Assembly: GCA_011109175.1 (NCBI GenBank)
Contig: RDEW01000013.1
Span: forward strand, 1,260,350-1,324,349
Direction: 5' to 3'
DNA from: Dicyema japonicum
Taxonomy: Eukaryota > Animalia > Dicyemida
DNA: 64,000 nucleotides
Of this stretch, positions 39,300 through 51,480 are shown piece by piece. Position numbers and translations under genes: made by a program. How positions within the stretch are numbered: the first letter of the stretch is position 1; every line of letters starts with the position of its first letter. Below the pieces are notes generated by a model, which was not told where the DNA came from, searched no databases, and saw nothing but the letters and a program-made list of their open reading frames with translations.

Positions 39300-42100
39300 T
39301 GCGCAAAAGTTACTTTTTAAAAAAGCACAAAAATACTTTCAAACTATCGCAACTACATCAAACGAGCACGTCTTTTGACAATATTCAAGGTAATCATTCC
39401 CTAATATTTAGCCAAAACCAAAAGTTTATCCAGCTTAGTGTCTTCAAACAACAATTATGAGGACATAACTCAGTCAAACACCGACAGCATCAACACAAGC
39501 TCAGAAACTCTGTCATGTACTCTCCCCAACTTATCCTTTCTGTTGGAGACTCCTAATAGGTTATCTACTATTATTGATGAAATGACAAAAATATGATAAC
39601 ACCATTATTATATATTTTGACCATTTTAGTCATCTATCACGAACGGATAGCTCCTTTGATTCAGTGGCTTCTTCAGAGAAGGTATTTGGCTTTAAATTGT
39701 TTTGGTTAACACAAAAAGGGAAAATATTTGCCAAGAATTGATTCTTCTTGAAAATAAATACATTGAGAATTTACGATTTTTATTTGAGGTTTTATTAATT
39801 TTTATTTAATTTTTATAAATTAAAAAATATTAATGAATTTTTTTAATTAAGCGGCTAAAAATGTAAATTTAGGATTACAAGTTGACGTTGAAGAATTCTA
39901 ACATAATTAAAGAAGATGAAATAAACAGCATTTTCTGCAATGTCCATGAATTATACGTCCACCATCAGTCCTTTCGAGGACACCTCGTATGTAATGAAGA
40001 GGCCATAATTTCTTCATACAGCGAACTAGTACACCATTTATTAATCCTCAGTTCAGTAAGCAGTCCGTAATATCGACATACCAAAATTATGTGTCGGCCT
40101 ATTCAACAATTAAGGAATCAATCCTTTTACTTTGGAAGGAAAACAGGGCTTTTAGGAGATTCTGCAAGGTTCATAGACATGACTATTCAGAAAATGGCCA
40201 GTACCTCAAAATTATCGCTGACTCAGCTTATAGTCCTTCCAATTCAGCAGATTCCGCGTTATAAATTGATCTTTGAGGTGCTTAAAAATTTCAATCCAGC
40301 GACTTAGAAGATGCTCAGAAGACAGTTTAGCCTCACAGTTTGACCAGATGTTGGAGAAGCTTACAAATTTTGCCGATAGTTTAAACACGTGCGGAAATTC
40401 ACATGGAGTATTTTTATGTAAAATTTTAGTTAACTTTGAAGAACCATGCAGGTTTTCAGTGACCTTGCAAGGATCTTCTGAACCTTATTGGCTTATTGTC
40501 TTTCCCAAGAAGATTATGCTGCAGCTCAATAAGCGGGAAAAGACTTTTAAAAATTCAATCAAGAGGGATGAAATGTTTGATAATTCAATTTGGCGGGAAA
40601 AAAGGTTGAATAGCATGTTTGAAATACCTATAAATTGTGTGAAAGTTGTTGGTATTTAAAAAAATTATTTGGTAGAAGGAAGAAAGAAAGAGCTTAACAA
40701 ATTAAGAAAAAATTTACGGGACCAAGGATTATGTGTGAGATTGGTTATTACGACTACACAGTAATATATTGTAATTATTACAGAGATGGTGCCTCAGGGA
40801 TTTACCAATTAGTATTTACGCGGCAAAAAGACCGCTTTATGTTGAAGATTTACTAAAACACTACCAAAACAAATTATGTCATTATTTATTATTATTTATA
40901 CTTTTAAATATTTTTATTGTTTTATAATTATATTTTATTAAATATTCATTTAATTATTTAATATTTATAATATTTAAATAAATAATTTATACTACATGTA
41001 ATTGCTGTTCTAGTGAGTGCGTCAATAAGGGAGCCGGTTCTCGGTGAAAGAAGGCAACTATCACTGCTGAGTGTACAAGTATTATTACTACTAAGCATAG
41101 TGCATTGCCTCAATTGACCAATATATTCTTATTGGTGGTATAAATGTTGATGGTAAACTTATTTTGAAAATACTCGACATTGATAACAATTACCAATTCT
41201 ATGACCTTTTAATCTCCCACGAAATATGTGAGTGGGATATTTCATCCATTTCTGTCATAAAGAGCGTGGTTGATAGAACAAAATATTTAATCTTCCTGGG
41301 AATTAAAATGGAAAGTAATATTCACCTAATGCTTAGCATATTTTTCCTTAAGATGGACTTTGACTGCAAACTCACTGGCAAAAGGTTGGAGGGAATTTAA
41401 TCTAAGACTGAGAATAGAGTCAGAGTGGGGGACAATTCTCAGTGTGGTGGAGACACGTAGGCTGTCTCAATGTAAGTATGTTGTGTTGTCTGCTAATGGA
41501 GTGTATTTGCTTGATGACATAAGTAATGATTGTTATATTATAAAGACACATCAAAGATTAAGTCAATCACTAGATTACAATTTGATTGCAATATTCTTGA
41601 CTGTCAGCTTTCCAAAGAGAATGATACCCTTTGGGTGTTCTCCCGCAATATTACTGTTTATAGTATTTTCGAATCACCCACTAAAATTGTATCTTTTTTT
41701 AATTTCATAATTTATTATTTTTTTAGAAAGAATTTGAATTTTCTGAACAAATAAGATGTTCGTTGATAAGAGGAATTGGTGTTTGGGTTTTGGGAGACTT
41801 CACTATTGGCTTATATAATGTTGTCACCTTTGAAAAACTGTTGAGGATTGATGTGAGTAATAAAGGATTCGGAAGAATTGGTTATTTTTATTCTTAGTCC
41901 AGAATGTATACAAGTGTCTTCCTATTGCTTATTCATAGCAATGGAATTTCCGTGTTTGCTTGTATTCCTTACTGGGGCAATCACTTCTTTGACTGGCAAA
42001 CAGGACTTTGATAAAGAACTGCCAGGCATAATATGTGTTTATTTTAGTCTCGAAAATTCAATTGGACACTAAAATATCAAAAATGCTTGTGCATGACTGT
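39300..42100 (+). CDS. Dbl-homology (DH) RhoGEF with C-terminal region resembling the ARHGEF10/17 beta-propeller; multi-exon, ends uncertain
   Basis: DH motifs IIDEM..., EINSIFCNVHELYVHHQSF, LTQLIVLPIQQIPRYKLIFEVLK and LTNFADSLN. Micro-introns such as 39390-39411. Downstream W/hydrophobic beta-strand-like segments (DTLWVFS, IWCLG). Frame breaks present. Confidence 0.65.
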
Positions 42101-42131
42101 AAGGATACTCTATTAACCTTTTCATGTGAAG

Positions 42132-42330
42132 TAGCCGGGTGGCTTAGTGGTTAGGTGTCGGGCTTAAGTGGCTTAGGCTACGGGTTCGAATCTAGCTGCT
42201 GTTCACCTGGTGGAAGGTTCCACGCATCTACGATGCAGAAATGGTTTGACGAGTGACGCCGTCATCAGTGAATACTCACTGCGGAACTGGATTTGTCTAG
42301 AAAGGACACTCACACAAGAAGAAAAAATAG
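42132..42330 (+). mobile_element. tRNA-derived SINE (full head + body + A-rich tail)
   Basis: Pol III A box TGGCTTAGTGG and B box GGTTCGAATC, then a ~130-nt non-tRNA body shared with 58107-58278 and 19884-20000. No clean acceptor stem. Confidence 0.85.
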
Positions 42331-42689
42331 AAGTGAAGATCATTCCTTGGTTCTACGATTAGTTAAAATTAACTGTTCTTTACTTAAATAAAGTGTGTGT
42401 CCTGCCTATGCGGAGCTATAAAATACTATGGCTCTCGTGAAAAGGCTTTATTATTATTATTATTATGTGAAGTATCTGGCTTTGTCTGTTTAAATGTGTA
42501 TAATTACTGACTGGTTATAAACTGGAATTTGGTCTTTCAATGTGCTTACTTTATTTAGTTGAGATTTTTATTTTTTGTGGCTAGAATCTTAGATGCTTCT
42601 GACGTTCAACACGAGGAGAATACCAAAATAAGATTTATATTTTAAAAACGTAATTACGAAATGTGAAAAGAAAACTAATGTTCTGAAAT

Positions 42690-43082
42690 GCCTCCCAGAG
42701 TTATGGAAGATCGAAAGCACTCTGTTTTGAGCACTGTATATAAACAATTCATTAAACCATGCATCTCTTATGCATGTGGTATGTGGGTCCTAATCATCTC
42801 TTGGACGAGTGTCTTGAAGATCGAGGCTAGCTGGGAAAGAGTTTCTAAAATCACGGAAGATCGAGGCTAGTTGGATTTCTGGAGAGGTCTAGCCACTATT
42901 GCCATCTGAAGTCTTGATACGAATGAACCATGGAACGCGCCGTCGTGACTGCGAAGACCAGTCACTACGTGCTTGTGGGGTCGAGGGAGCATCGGGCCAA
43001 GATAAGGTCCCTGCTAGTGCGTGCTGGGGTCACGTGATTAGTTAGTTCTTGTAACCGTGGTCTCTGGTGTCATTATTATTAA
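42690..43082 (+). mobile_element. 5'-truncated Jockey/I/L2-group LINE 3' end with (ATT)n tail
   Basis: VYKQFIKPCISYACGMW (LINE thumb LYK..IRP...YA...W), then the 3' UTR shared with 3870-3990 and 5535-5640, ending CATTATTATT. Confidence 0.7.
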
Positions 43083-43379
43083 ATTAAGTTGATATTGACG
43101 TATAGCTAAAAATTTATGAAACGACTTTTTTTCAACCGTTCTCATACAACAATTTAATATAATGAAGAAAAAGGCATAATGCAATCAAAAGTTAAGATTT
43201 ATATAGCTCCTTGTGCTTTATATTTCAAAAGAATAAAAGACGGAAATAATGATTCATTACTTAATTAAACATAATTTTTTGTTATTAAATTTTTTGTTAA
43301 ATTTTTTATTCTGATACAGTCTAAACCGATTCTTCTCGGGACCGACAGAATTGTCCGGTATAGAGAGGAGGCCAGTATT

Positions 43380-44130
43380 GAAAAGTCATTAAATTTACTT
43401 ATAACGAAAAAGTGAAACAGTAAAATTAATAGAAATCTGTGAATAAGGATTGTATTTAGCTTCGATTCAGCAATCGCTTTATTGTTCGGATAGATCAGTC
43501 TGTTGACAAGATCGAGTAATGCAGGGTCTTGAGTGCAATCCAAATGGCAGATTTGGTCTAGCATTTGTTGAACATTTGTGCGTGTTCATTTCTCTATATG
43601 TTTTGGCTCTGTTTGCTTATCAAAATCTGAGTTACTGTCATTATTTTCAGAAGCTGAGACTGTTTGCATTGCTCAACTAGGGATGATTCCCAATCTTTGG
43701 GATTTCCATTGGGTAGTTCCAACTCTAAGTTGACAAATTATTTATCTGTCATTGGATTACTAGTCTATTCATGAGGGGCATAGTAAATTGTTTTCAGGGT
43801 TGTCGTTTATATCATATATTTTGACTGGAATGCCACACTTATTAAAGCAGAAGGAGATTGTGTTTGATTTCACGTCCATCGAAGCTATGCTATTCTACCG
43901 GATAGCATTTAAGAGAGAATTTTTTTGCAAGTGGTGTCACATTGGTTTCTGTGTCCATTTTGGCAATTATTCCAAATAAATATCAGCCTTTTTAAGTATA
44001 TCTGATACAGTGTTTCATTTAACTCCATACTTCTTGCTGAGAAATTTTTTTGTCGGCTTAGGTGTTTGGTTCGATTCAATTTTCTTCTTTAAAGACAATT
44101 CGCAACGTAATCGTTTTCTTTCTATCATTT
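43380..44130 (-). mobile_element. pogo/Tigger transposase remnant
   Basis: Manual translation gives LSKKYGVK*NTVSDILKK (HTH-psq-like) and LNAIR...DVKSNTISFCFNKCGI (DDE_1 C-terminal W..V...TI..CF.K.G motif). Confidence 0.55.
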
Positions 44131-44476
44131 TTTAGTTTTTGATTTTCTGTCGAGTTGTTGTATATCTCTATCGTTGTTCGTAATTCAAGGTTAAAGACGA
44201 TTAATAGGATTAGATCAAAGATTAATGTTAGAAGGCCGGTTTATGATAAAAGAAAATTCAAGTTGGGACCACAAATTACGGCAGGTATTCGGAATAGAGG
44301 AGATCCGGTATATCGAAGATGAAATAGCTATGATGGCCTATGAGGTGAATCGGGACCAGATGTTTAGTCCGGTTTAAGGGAATTCCGGTATACCTAGGAG
44401 TCGGTTTAGAGGGGTTTGACTGTATGAAAACATAATTATTGTCGTATAGTATGAGAACCCGGGGTTTTAATCCATT

Positions 44477-44586
44477 TTCTGATTTACCCTAACACATCTT
44501 CTAATTAACCCTAATCAATTTTCTAATATACCCTAACTCCTTCTCAAATACACCCTAATCTATTCTTTAATTTACCCTAATTCATC
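44477..44586. repeat. 5 x 22-nt tandem repeat with invariant ACCCTAA core
   Basis: ACCCTAA at 44486, 44508, 44530, 44552 and 44574 (exact 22-nt spacing); the linkers vary. Confidence 0.9.
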
Positions 44587-44605
44587 CGAAAATAGGGTGA
44601 CGATG

Positions 44606-44891
44606 TCAAGGTCTTCCATTTTTGTTTCATACTACGTTGAACACAGTTTTAAACAAAATTAAAAATTTAGTTTTTCTTCCAAAATCGGGGACCGTTTTCA
44701 AGGTCTTTCATTTTTGTTCCATACTACGTCGAACATGTTTTTGGACAAAATTAAAAATTTCGTTTTTCCTACAAAAATCGGGGACCGTTCAAGGTCTCCT
44801 ATTTTGTCTCATACTACGTCGATCATGTTTTTAGACAAAGTAAAAAATTTCGTTTTTCCTACAAAAATCAGGGACCGGTCAAGGTCTCCTA
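44606..44891. repeat. ~91-bp tandem repeat, 3.1 units
   Basis: TCAAGGTC unit starts at 44606, 44698, 44789 and 44879. Confidence 0.95.
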
Positions 44892-45799
44892 CAAGTTAGT
44901 GAGGCAGGAGTTACTTAGTAACTAACTCAGACGTACGATCGATGAAGAAGAGAGAATGGTCTTTTTCGGTATCTTTCAACAACGAGTGCCACCAGTTGAA
45001 CCACCTGACGTTACTTTGTCCATACATATGAGACGGGGGCGAAAGATTAATTATTTGTATGACATTCAGGTCAAATGAGGTAGAATAGGGTTCGCATAAC
45101 AAATCAAAGTAGAACAGTCACATAAGTGGGGACAGCGATTAAGAGAAAATCAATGGCATAAAATCGTGGTAACCTTTTGATTCGTTTTAAATTGGGTGAC
45201 GCTTAATGGATGAGCCATGTGTACCACGCAACATAAAGTTTATATTGTAAAGATCGTATGAAATATTATCGAATTTTGAAGGAACATGAATTTTTAACTA
45301 TTAAGCGTTAATGTTACAATCAAAGTTCTAAAACGCTTAATTTCGCTGACTTCCGTTGTAATGTTGCCATCGATACGGTAAATAGTAAATCTTCTCGAAA
45401 TGAACTTTACTCAATTCCACAACCTCTTTAATCCATAAATCTATCAAAATACATTTTTTATTAACAAAATTCTGAAGCGCCACATTTTTTAAAATTTGAT
45501 AATAAAAGCTAAAAATCCAAGATGTTTTAAAAAAATTTGTAAAACAATTATGTAACATGTAAATTCCAACAATGCATTCATCGACTCAACATTTTTTTTC
45601 TTAAATGAGAAATTATAAAAACGAAAAGAAGTTTTATTAGTGATCATCAATGTCCAGGCGACAAAATCTGCTGAAATTAAGCAGCCTCAGAGCAATTGAA
45701 TATTGATGATCAATTGCTAAAAATGGCGAATCATATGAACAAGCACATAGTCCACAAGAGGAATTATTGATGATACAGAAAAAATCGAATCTTCAACCT

Positions 45800-46780
45800 C
45801 GCAACCAAGTTTATCTTTCTAAGCAAGCAGAGGATCAGAATAGAAGGAAATTCCTAAACATTTGGAGGATCACTTGTTTGTCTCATTTGCTGTTTAGATA
45901 TCAGGAATCTTTGGCACACAAGCAAACAACCTAGTCCGTGGGATCGGCTCAATGGTGCAAAGGTCATCAAAAATCCACATGAGACTATGGCTTCGAGAGC
46001 GTTTCTCGATAGCTATGTCAAAGGAAACAGCCTGACTATTGAATTTTCCTAAATTAAATTAATTATTTTTTTATATTTGTTTTATTTTTTTAAATAAATG
46101 TCTATTGTTAAAACTGTCTTGTAGTCATTTCAAAAAAGTGGAATTGTACAAAATTCTGATGGTTCATACATTAAGACTGAAATTGTGGAAATCGTACGCA
46201 TGGGATCAAGATTGGAAGAGGGATGGAAACGTTCCAAAAAGCTTGGCTCCTTCCTCGAGGAGAATGAGGACATCACCCGGAGGAAAGTACTATCGACGGT
46301 CGCACTGAACAGGATAAAGACGGATTGGTTGGCTGAAAGACCGTTAACGATCGCGCTTCGTTTGCTCCTCTACAATGCTTTCGTGAAGCCGGTCCTGCTA
46401 TATAACTCTTTGCTGGGGGACCTCAGTCTCAGAAACAAGAATCTTAACTCCTTCCACCGAAAGCAATTATGAATACTGTGCGGGGTACAATGGCCGACAC
46501 GGATCAACAATGAGGCACTGCGCCGAAAGTGCTCAACTCGACCTGTGACTTGGGATGTGGTGGAGGCGATGGAGACTGTTTGGACACGTCCTACGGATGG
46601 ACCCTACATCACCTGCAAATTTGACAATGGAGGAATATTTCACTGCGAGTGGAAAGAAATACCGGGGGTTCTGGATGAGGATTTGGATGCTATAAAAAGT
46701 TTGGCATGTAGCAGGGGAAGATGGACAAGATTGGTCAGACAAATTGCTTTTAGTGCCGGACGTGTGGAAATATAAAAATT
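45800..46780 (+). mobile_element. RTE-clade LINE 3' remnant
   Basis: WKRSKKLGSFLEENEDITRRK...LYNAFVKPVLLYNS...LNSFHRKQL is homologous to 47180-47774. Confidence 0.8.
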
Positions 46781-46885
46781 ATAATAATCATACATTACAT
46801 AATTCAACAATCCTGTAAAACCAGTTACATTCTCGAATCTACCAATTTTTCGAAAGTCCAGAAACGGAGGATTCGATAGGATTTA

Positions 46886-47830
46886 CTGTATTTATTATTA
46901 TTATTATTTAAGCACTTCACAAGAGCCATACTAATTATAGCCCCGCATGTGCAGCAAAAGAAACAAGGTTAGATGTCATCCTTTTCCATGCTCCCCTGTT
47001 CCTAGCCAAGGCTCTCATGCTGTCCAGGTCGTCGGCATTTGTTAGGTTTTTTTTTATACTGACCAGGTCTTTTTGTAAGACTATTGGCAGTGTTGTTCTT
47101 GGTCTTCCCCGATAGCGGCCTTCTTCACTAACATAGTATGTTTCCATAGATATGTTCGGTGGGGAAGTTAATTCCATCCTCAGCACGTGTCCGAAGAGCC
47201 TCCATCGGATTCCAGTACTTCTAAGCTGATAGGTCTAGTGCTGCATCTCTTATATAAAGCATTCCTAGATATTCTCGTAGGCCAAGTAGTTCCTGTTATT
47301 TTTCTCAGTTGACCTCTGTGGAACGAGTCTAGTTTTTTCATATCCGCTGATGAGGTCGCCCAAGTTCCAGCGTTATATAAAAGTACGGGTTTTATGAATG
47401 AGTCGTATAGTAGGATTCTCATTTTTGTGTCGATGCCTTTTTTGATTGAGCCATAAATTCTTCAGTTTATATAACGCAGCATTGGCTAGAGTTTTCCTAC
47501 GTAAAATATCTTCGCTATCTCCCATAAGTGAACCGAGTTTCTTTACTTGTCGCCACTTCTCTTCTAGGACGTTACTCATCCTTCTTATCTCTGTGAGTTC
47601 TGTTTTTTCTCTGTTCACAGTAAGAAACCATTTCCCTAGTACATCTGGTGCTTTTTCTAATAGGTTTTCCAGGACCTCTTTGTCTTCAGAAATTAGGTCT
47701 ACATCGTCCGCGTAGATTACTTCTTCCGTCTTTCCTTGGTATGACGGTCTAAGTTCCCTCATAGCGGCTTCCAAATAAATTGTGAATAGTAGAGGAGAAA
47801 GAGAGTCTCCTTGTGGAGTGCCGTATTTGT
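46886..47830 (-). mobile_element. 5'-truncated RTE-clade LINE, relatively young, with (TAA)n tail and possible TSD
   Basis: GTPQGDSLSPLLFTIY, YADDVDL, KKLGSL, LYDSFIKPVLLYNAGTW and GRPRTT. (TAA)n tail at ~46890-46910. TGTATTT(T)ATT on both flanks. Confidence 0.9.
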
Positions 47831-49077
47831 TTCAAATTGTATTTTATTAGGGCGGAAATAATAGGACATTTTAAAAACAAAATAGTACAATTAAGACATC
47901 TTAAGAAAAAAAACAATTTTATTATTTTTTATAATCGGGCATTTTTTTAAATAAATAACTTATGGAAAAAATGAGCAGATGGTAATATAGCGGCCCTGAC
48001 TGAGTACTATTTACAGAAATAGAATTTCTTTTTCAAAGCCTGCATTTTCTGAATGATAAAAATGCCGCTTCAGGGAAACTCCACAATTTTGTGATAACTA
48101 AATATGTAGGTAATTTAATCTCATCAAACATAGTTCTGCGATTTATTGATTTCGAAATACATGGTAATTTAATTCAAGGAATAGCTTTTTTATATAACTA
48201 ATTTGTGAATTGAATATCGGCATCTTGAAATGTTTTAACCAAAAATATATCCGTTTTTTATTCGTTTTCTTAAGTAAGAAAAAGTTGATAGTCTCAATAC
48301 TTTTATTATTCAGTCTGATTTCTTTTTCCATTAATTTGTAGATCAGTGTAGTATTGTTATATGATTTTACTATCTTGGAGCATTTTTGCAAAATAAATTT
48401 CCTTTAGGCGTTATTGTATGTCTTTTGAAATTCGTTCCTTGTCTTTTCCAGATAGGATTGCGTATACGTTTCCACGATGCGTTGTCTAGCTTTTTTGGCT
48501 TGCTATCTTCCCTCGTATTTCTTTCAGAAAGACCGCAGTGATAGAACCAACAGCTTTTGAATTTGAAAAAAAAATTATTTAAAGTTTATTTAAAAATACA
48601 TGTAAAATTTTTAGATTGAAATTTTGATTTTTAATAAAATAATTGAAAAAGATTAGTAAAAACAATTTGAGAGTTGGCCAATAACTCAAGAAAATTGACT
48701 TTTTTGAACCACTGACTTGAACTTTTAACCATAAATTGGCCAATTTATGGGTTGGCCAATTAGAGGGACTTTACTGTACCAACAAAATTAAAATAATAAT
48801 TATTATGACCTATTTTAGGACAATTTTATTTGTGAAATCTTACAATTAGGACAATTTACTATTTTTGTCCTAAATAGGACAATTTCCGCCTTAGTAATTA
48901 CAATTATCTAGCTAGTGCTGAATGCTTCGATCAATATGAGAATTATTACACTGACGACAGCAGTAGAGTAAAAACGTGATAGTTAATCAGCAATAATTAA
49001 TGTTAATATTAAATAACTATTGGTTACTCAAATCAGAGTTTGAGTCATCATTTTGGTTTTCTTTAATAATATTAAGG

Positions 49078-50093
49078 TTAACCTTGCTGTGTGGTCTTCT
49101 CACAATTCTGCAATAAAGTTAACAAAAACCTGATATTCATAAACTGGAAAGCCCCCCGCAGGGCCGAGTTTGTCATACAAAGAATCCAGGTCTTTGGAAA
49201 TGTCGATCTTCTCCATTTCCTCATACGCACGTGTGTAAATTGGAGAAGTCTCGGTGACTGAGAACTTTTCAAAGACTTCCAAAAGCGACTTGAAGCTGTC
49301 TCGGAGAAAGTTCATGCGTGATTCCTCAAATTTTCGATAACTTTCATAATTCTATTTTATATTCGACTTTTTTACAGCTTCCATGTCCTTCCTAAAGCTC
49401 CCCTCGGCCTCCCTCAGAGTCGATAGCGATTCGTTGTACGCCTTATCCGTTGTCTTCTCCTCCACCACGACCTGGTTGTATTTTTCCAGCTTTTTGGCGT
49501 CCTGCGAATATTATTCAATGGGGGATGTTCGTACCTTGGGAGTCCCGTCGTTTTGAGGCTTCTGTTTGTGGTTGTTTTCTATGGATCTCAGAGAATTGAC
49601 AGCTGAGGAGTACTTTTTCCTTTTATTTTCAGAATCCCCCAGTAATCTCATCCATTGTTTCTCGGTCTATTAATTTTGTGGTGAAAGAAACCTCAAGAAA
49701 ACTGTTTCTTATATCTTTAAGTGGATTCGTCTCCTTTAAATTCTTTCTTTTCCATTCCTTGAAATCCTCATTCATTTGCTTGTTTATTGAAGCACTCATG
49801 TCTTGCTGGGCCTTGGCCATCTGATCGGTCTCGTCAAAGAAACTCATCCAGGCATCTTTGAAGGTCCCCTCTTCCTTGTCTATTCGATTAAATATGTGGT
49901 TGTTACATGAAACCACCTTTTTGAATGATTTTTCTAACAGCTCCTTCATGTCCTTAGCGTACCTCTCACTGAGTCGGGCCCTTTCCCTAGCGAATTCTTC
50001 CAATAACATGACCAAGTTGATTCCATTCTTTATTTTTTCAAGACAGCCCTCATATCCCCTTGGTTTCCAAAAATTATTTTCCTGTGATCCCAT
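49078..50093 (-). CDS. PACSIN: PACSIN/syndapin-family F-BAR protein (no SH3 exon found)
   Basis: NFWKPRGY...KIKNG...FARERARLSERYAKDM...GTFKDAW...KQWMRLL...YRKFEESRMNFLRD aligns with the remembered PACSIN F-BAR (SFWEVGNY...ERARIEKAYA...GT..KAW...KPW...FEEKRLRFFRE). Removing introns 49880-49906, 49667-49691, 49502-49534, 49352-49375 and 49108-49129 gives a continuous frame. Confidence 0.85.
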
Positions 50094-50549
50094 CTGAGCG
50101 AATATTTCGGTTAAGTGGTTTTTATTTGTTCAAATTAAAATTATTATTATTTTCAAATTTGAAATAATTAATTTTTATTTTTAAATTCAATAAATTGGAA
50201 AAAAATATAATTTTTGGAAATTTTCGTTTCCTTGTATATTACTAATTTAGACTATTTTAGGGTGTTTTAAGTGAAACAGTCTATATTTCTTTAAATTAAG
50301 ATAAAAACTCATTGTGACGTTTTAATTCCATGAATATCTGACCTATCGATTTAGGTTTTTTCTAATGGTAATGTGTGTACGATTCTTCTGAAGGATTTCC
50401 TACTGTTCTGCACCTTCTTTGAATTCTATGAGGTCTCATATGAACCTCCAGTCTCACGAGACGCTCATTAACCATCAACGAACTTTATTACAGAAATAAA
50501 TATTCTATTTTTTATGTTTCTTGTAACACAAGTCATCCACAGCTGGGAC

Positions 50550-51480
50550 TCTCCCATGCGATCTCAGATTCCTCTTATGATTCATTTCTCACAGTGATGT
50601 ATGGTACTAGAGAAACCTAGTGCCTTGTCGGAATATTAAAGGACATCTCTCCCCTACTCCACTGAAGGTGTTCACACAATGGATGGATTTGTGTTTGGTG
50701 AGGATTCGCCTTACTTTGACCGTTGAAACTAGATAAACCATAATTACACGTTTATTGATTCTATCCTCTTTCAGTAAATCAGGGGTTGTTAAATGAATAT
50801 ATGAAACTTGCCACAGGCTCATTTGGAGATTGTGACAAAATTACGGGGTCTTACGCTTGTGTTATGGATGACACGTGCTCTTCCGTTAACGTGGTGTCAT
50901 TTTCCATCACACCAACTTTTAGCCAGTAATCGAACAAAATATTTCGATCCTTTGGAAAATGATTTGATGACCTAATAGTATAAAATTGGTCACCTCTCAA
51001 TGACGAAGATAATCGACTACCACATTCAAATTCCATCTCCCCCATTAACAACCAAATCAAAACACCCATAACTTTAACCCAAAGGCCTTAATTAGAATTT
51101 GTGTTTTGTTCATGAAGCATTTTGACAAAAAGTAGAAATCCAGTCGTGCATCATTTTGAGGCGTGATCGAATGGGCTCAGTCTCCTGAAATGGTTCTAAG
51201 AATGCTATCTTTGTAATCGAAGGCAGGTATGATTCTCTTTTGTCTGTGGAAAGCCAAAAGGCTGTGGGCTGTAGGGAATTGTGACTGACCGTCATGAACT
51301 GATTGGGAGAATTTCTTATTTTCCAGCTGGAGAGGTTTTTAGAAAGCTATTAATCTTTAGTGAGAGTTTGAGTCTTTTTTATTTTTTTCGTGGTTCATTA
51401 TACTGGAAGAATAGAATTTATTGTGGTAATTGCCTTTATTGCTTTATTTTGCGGGAATTCCAAGGTGATTATTAGAAAAA
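50550..51480 (-). mobile_element. Degenerate retroviral-type pol/integrase remnant (same family as 2860-3850)
   Basis: Protein similarity between ORFs 51110-51295 and 3440-3727, and between the antisense ORFs 51281-51475 and 3734-3976 (LIGRI.Y). Confidence 0.45.

Noticed and set aside
42132-42205. tRNA gene call (also 58107-58180)
   Set aside because: A and B boxes are present but there is no proper acceptor or anticodon stem, and a shared non-tRNA body follows; it is a SINE head.
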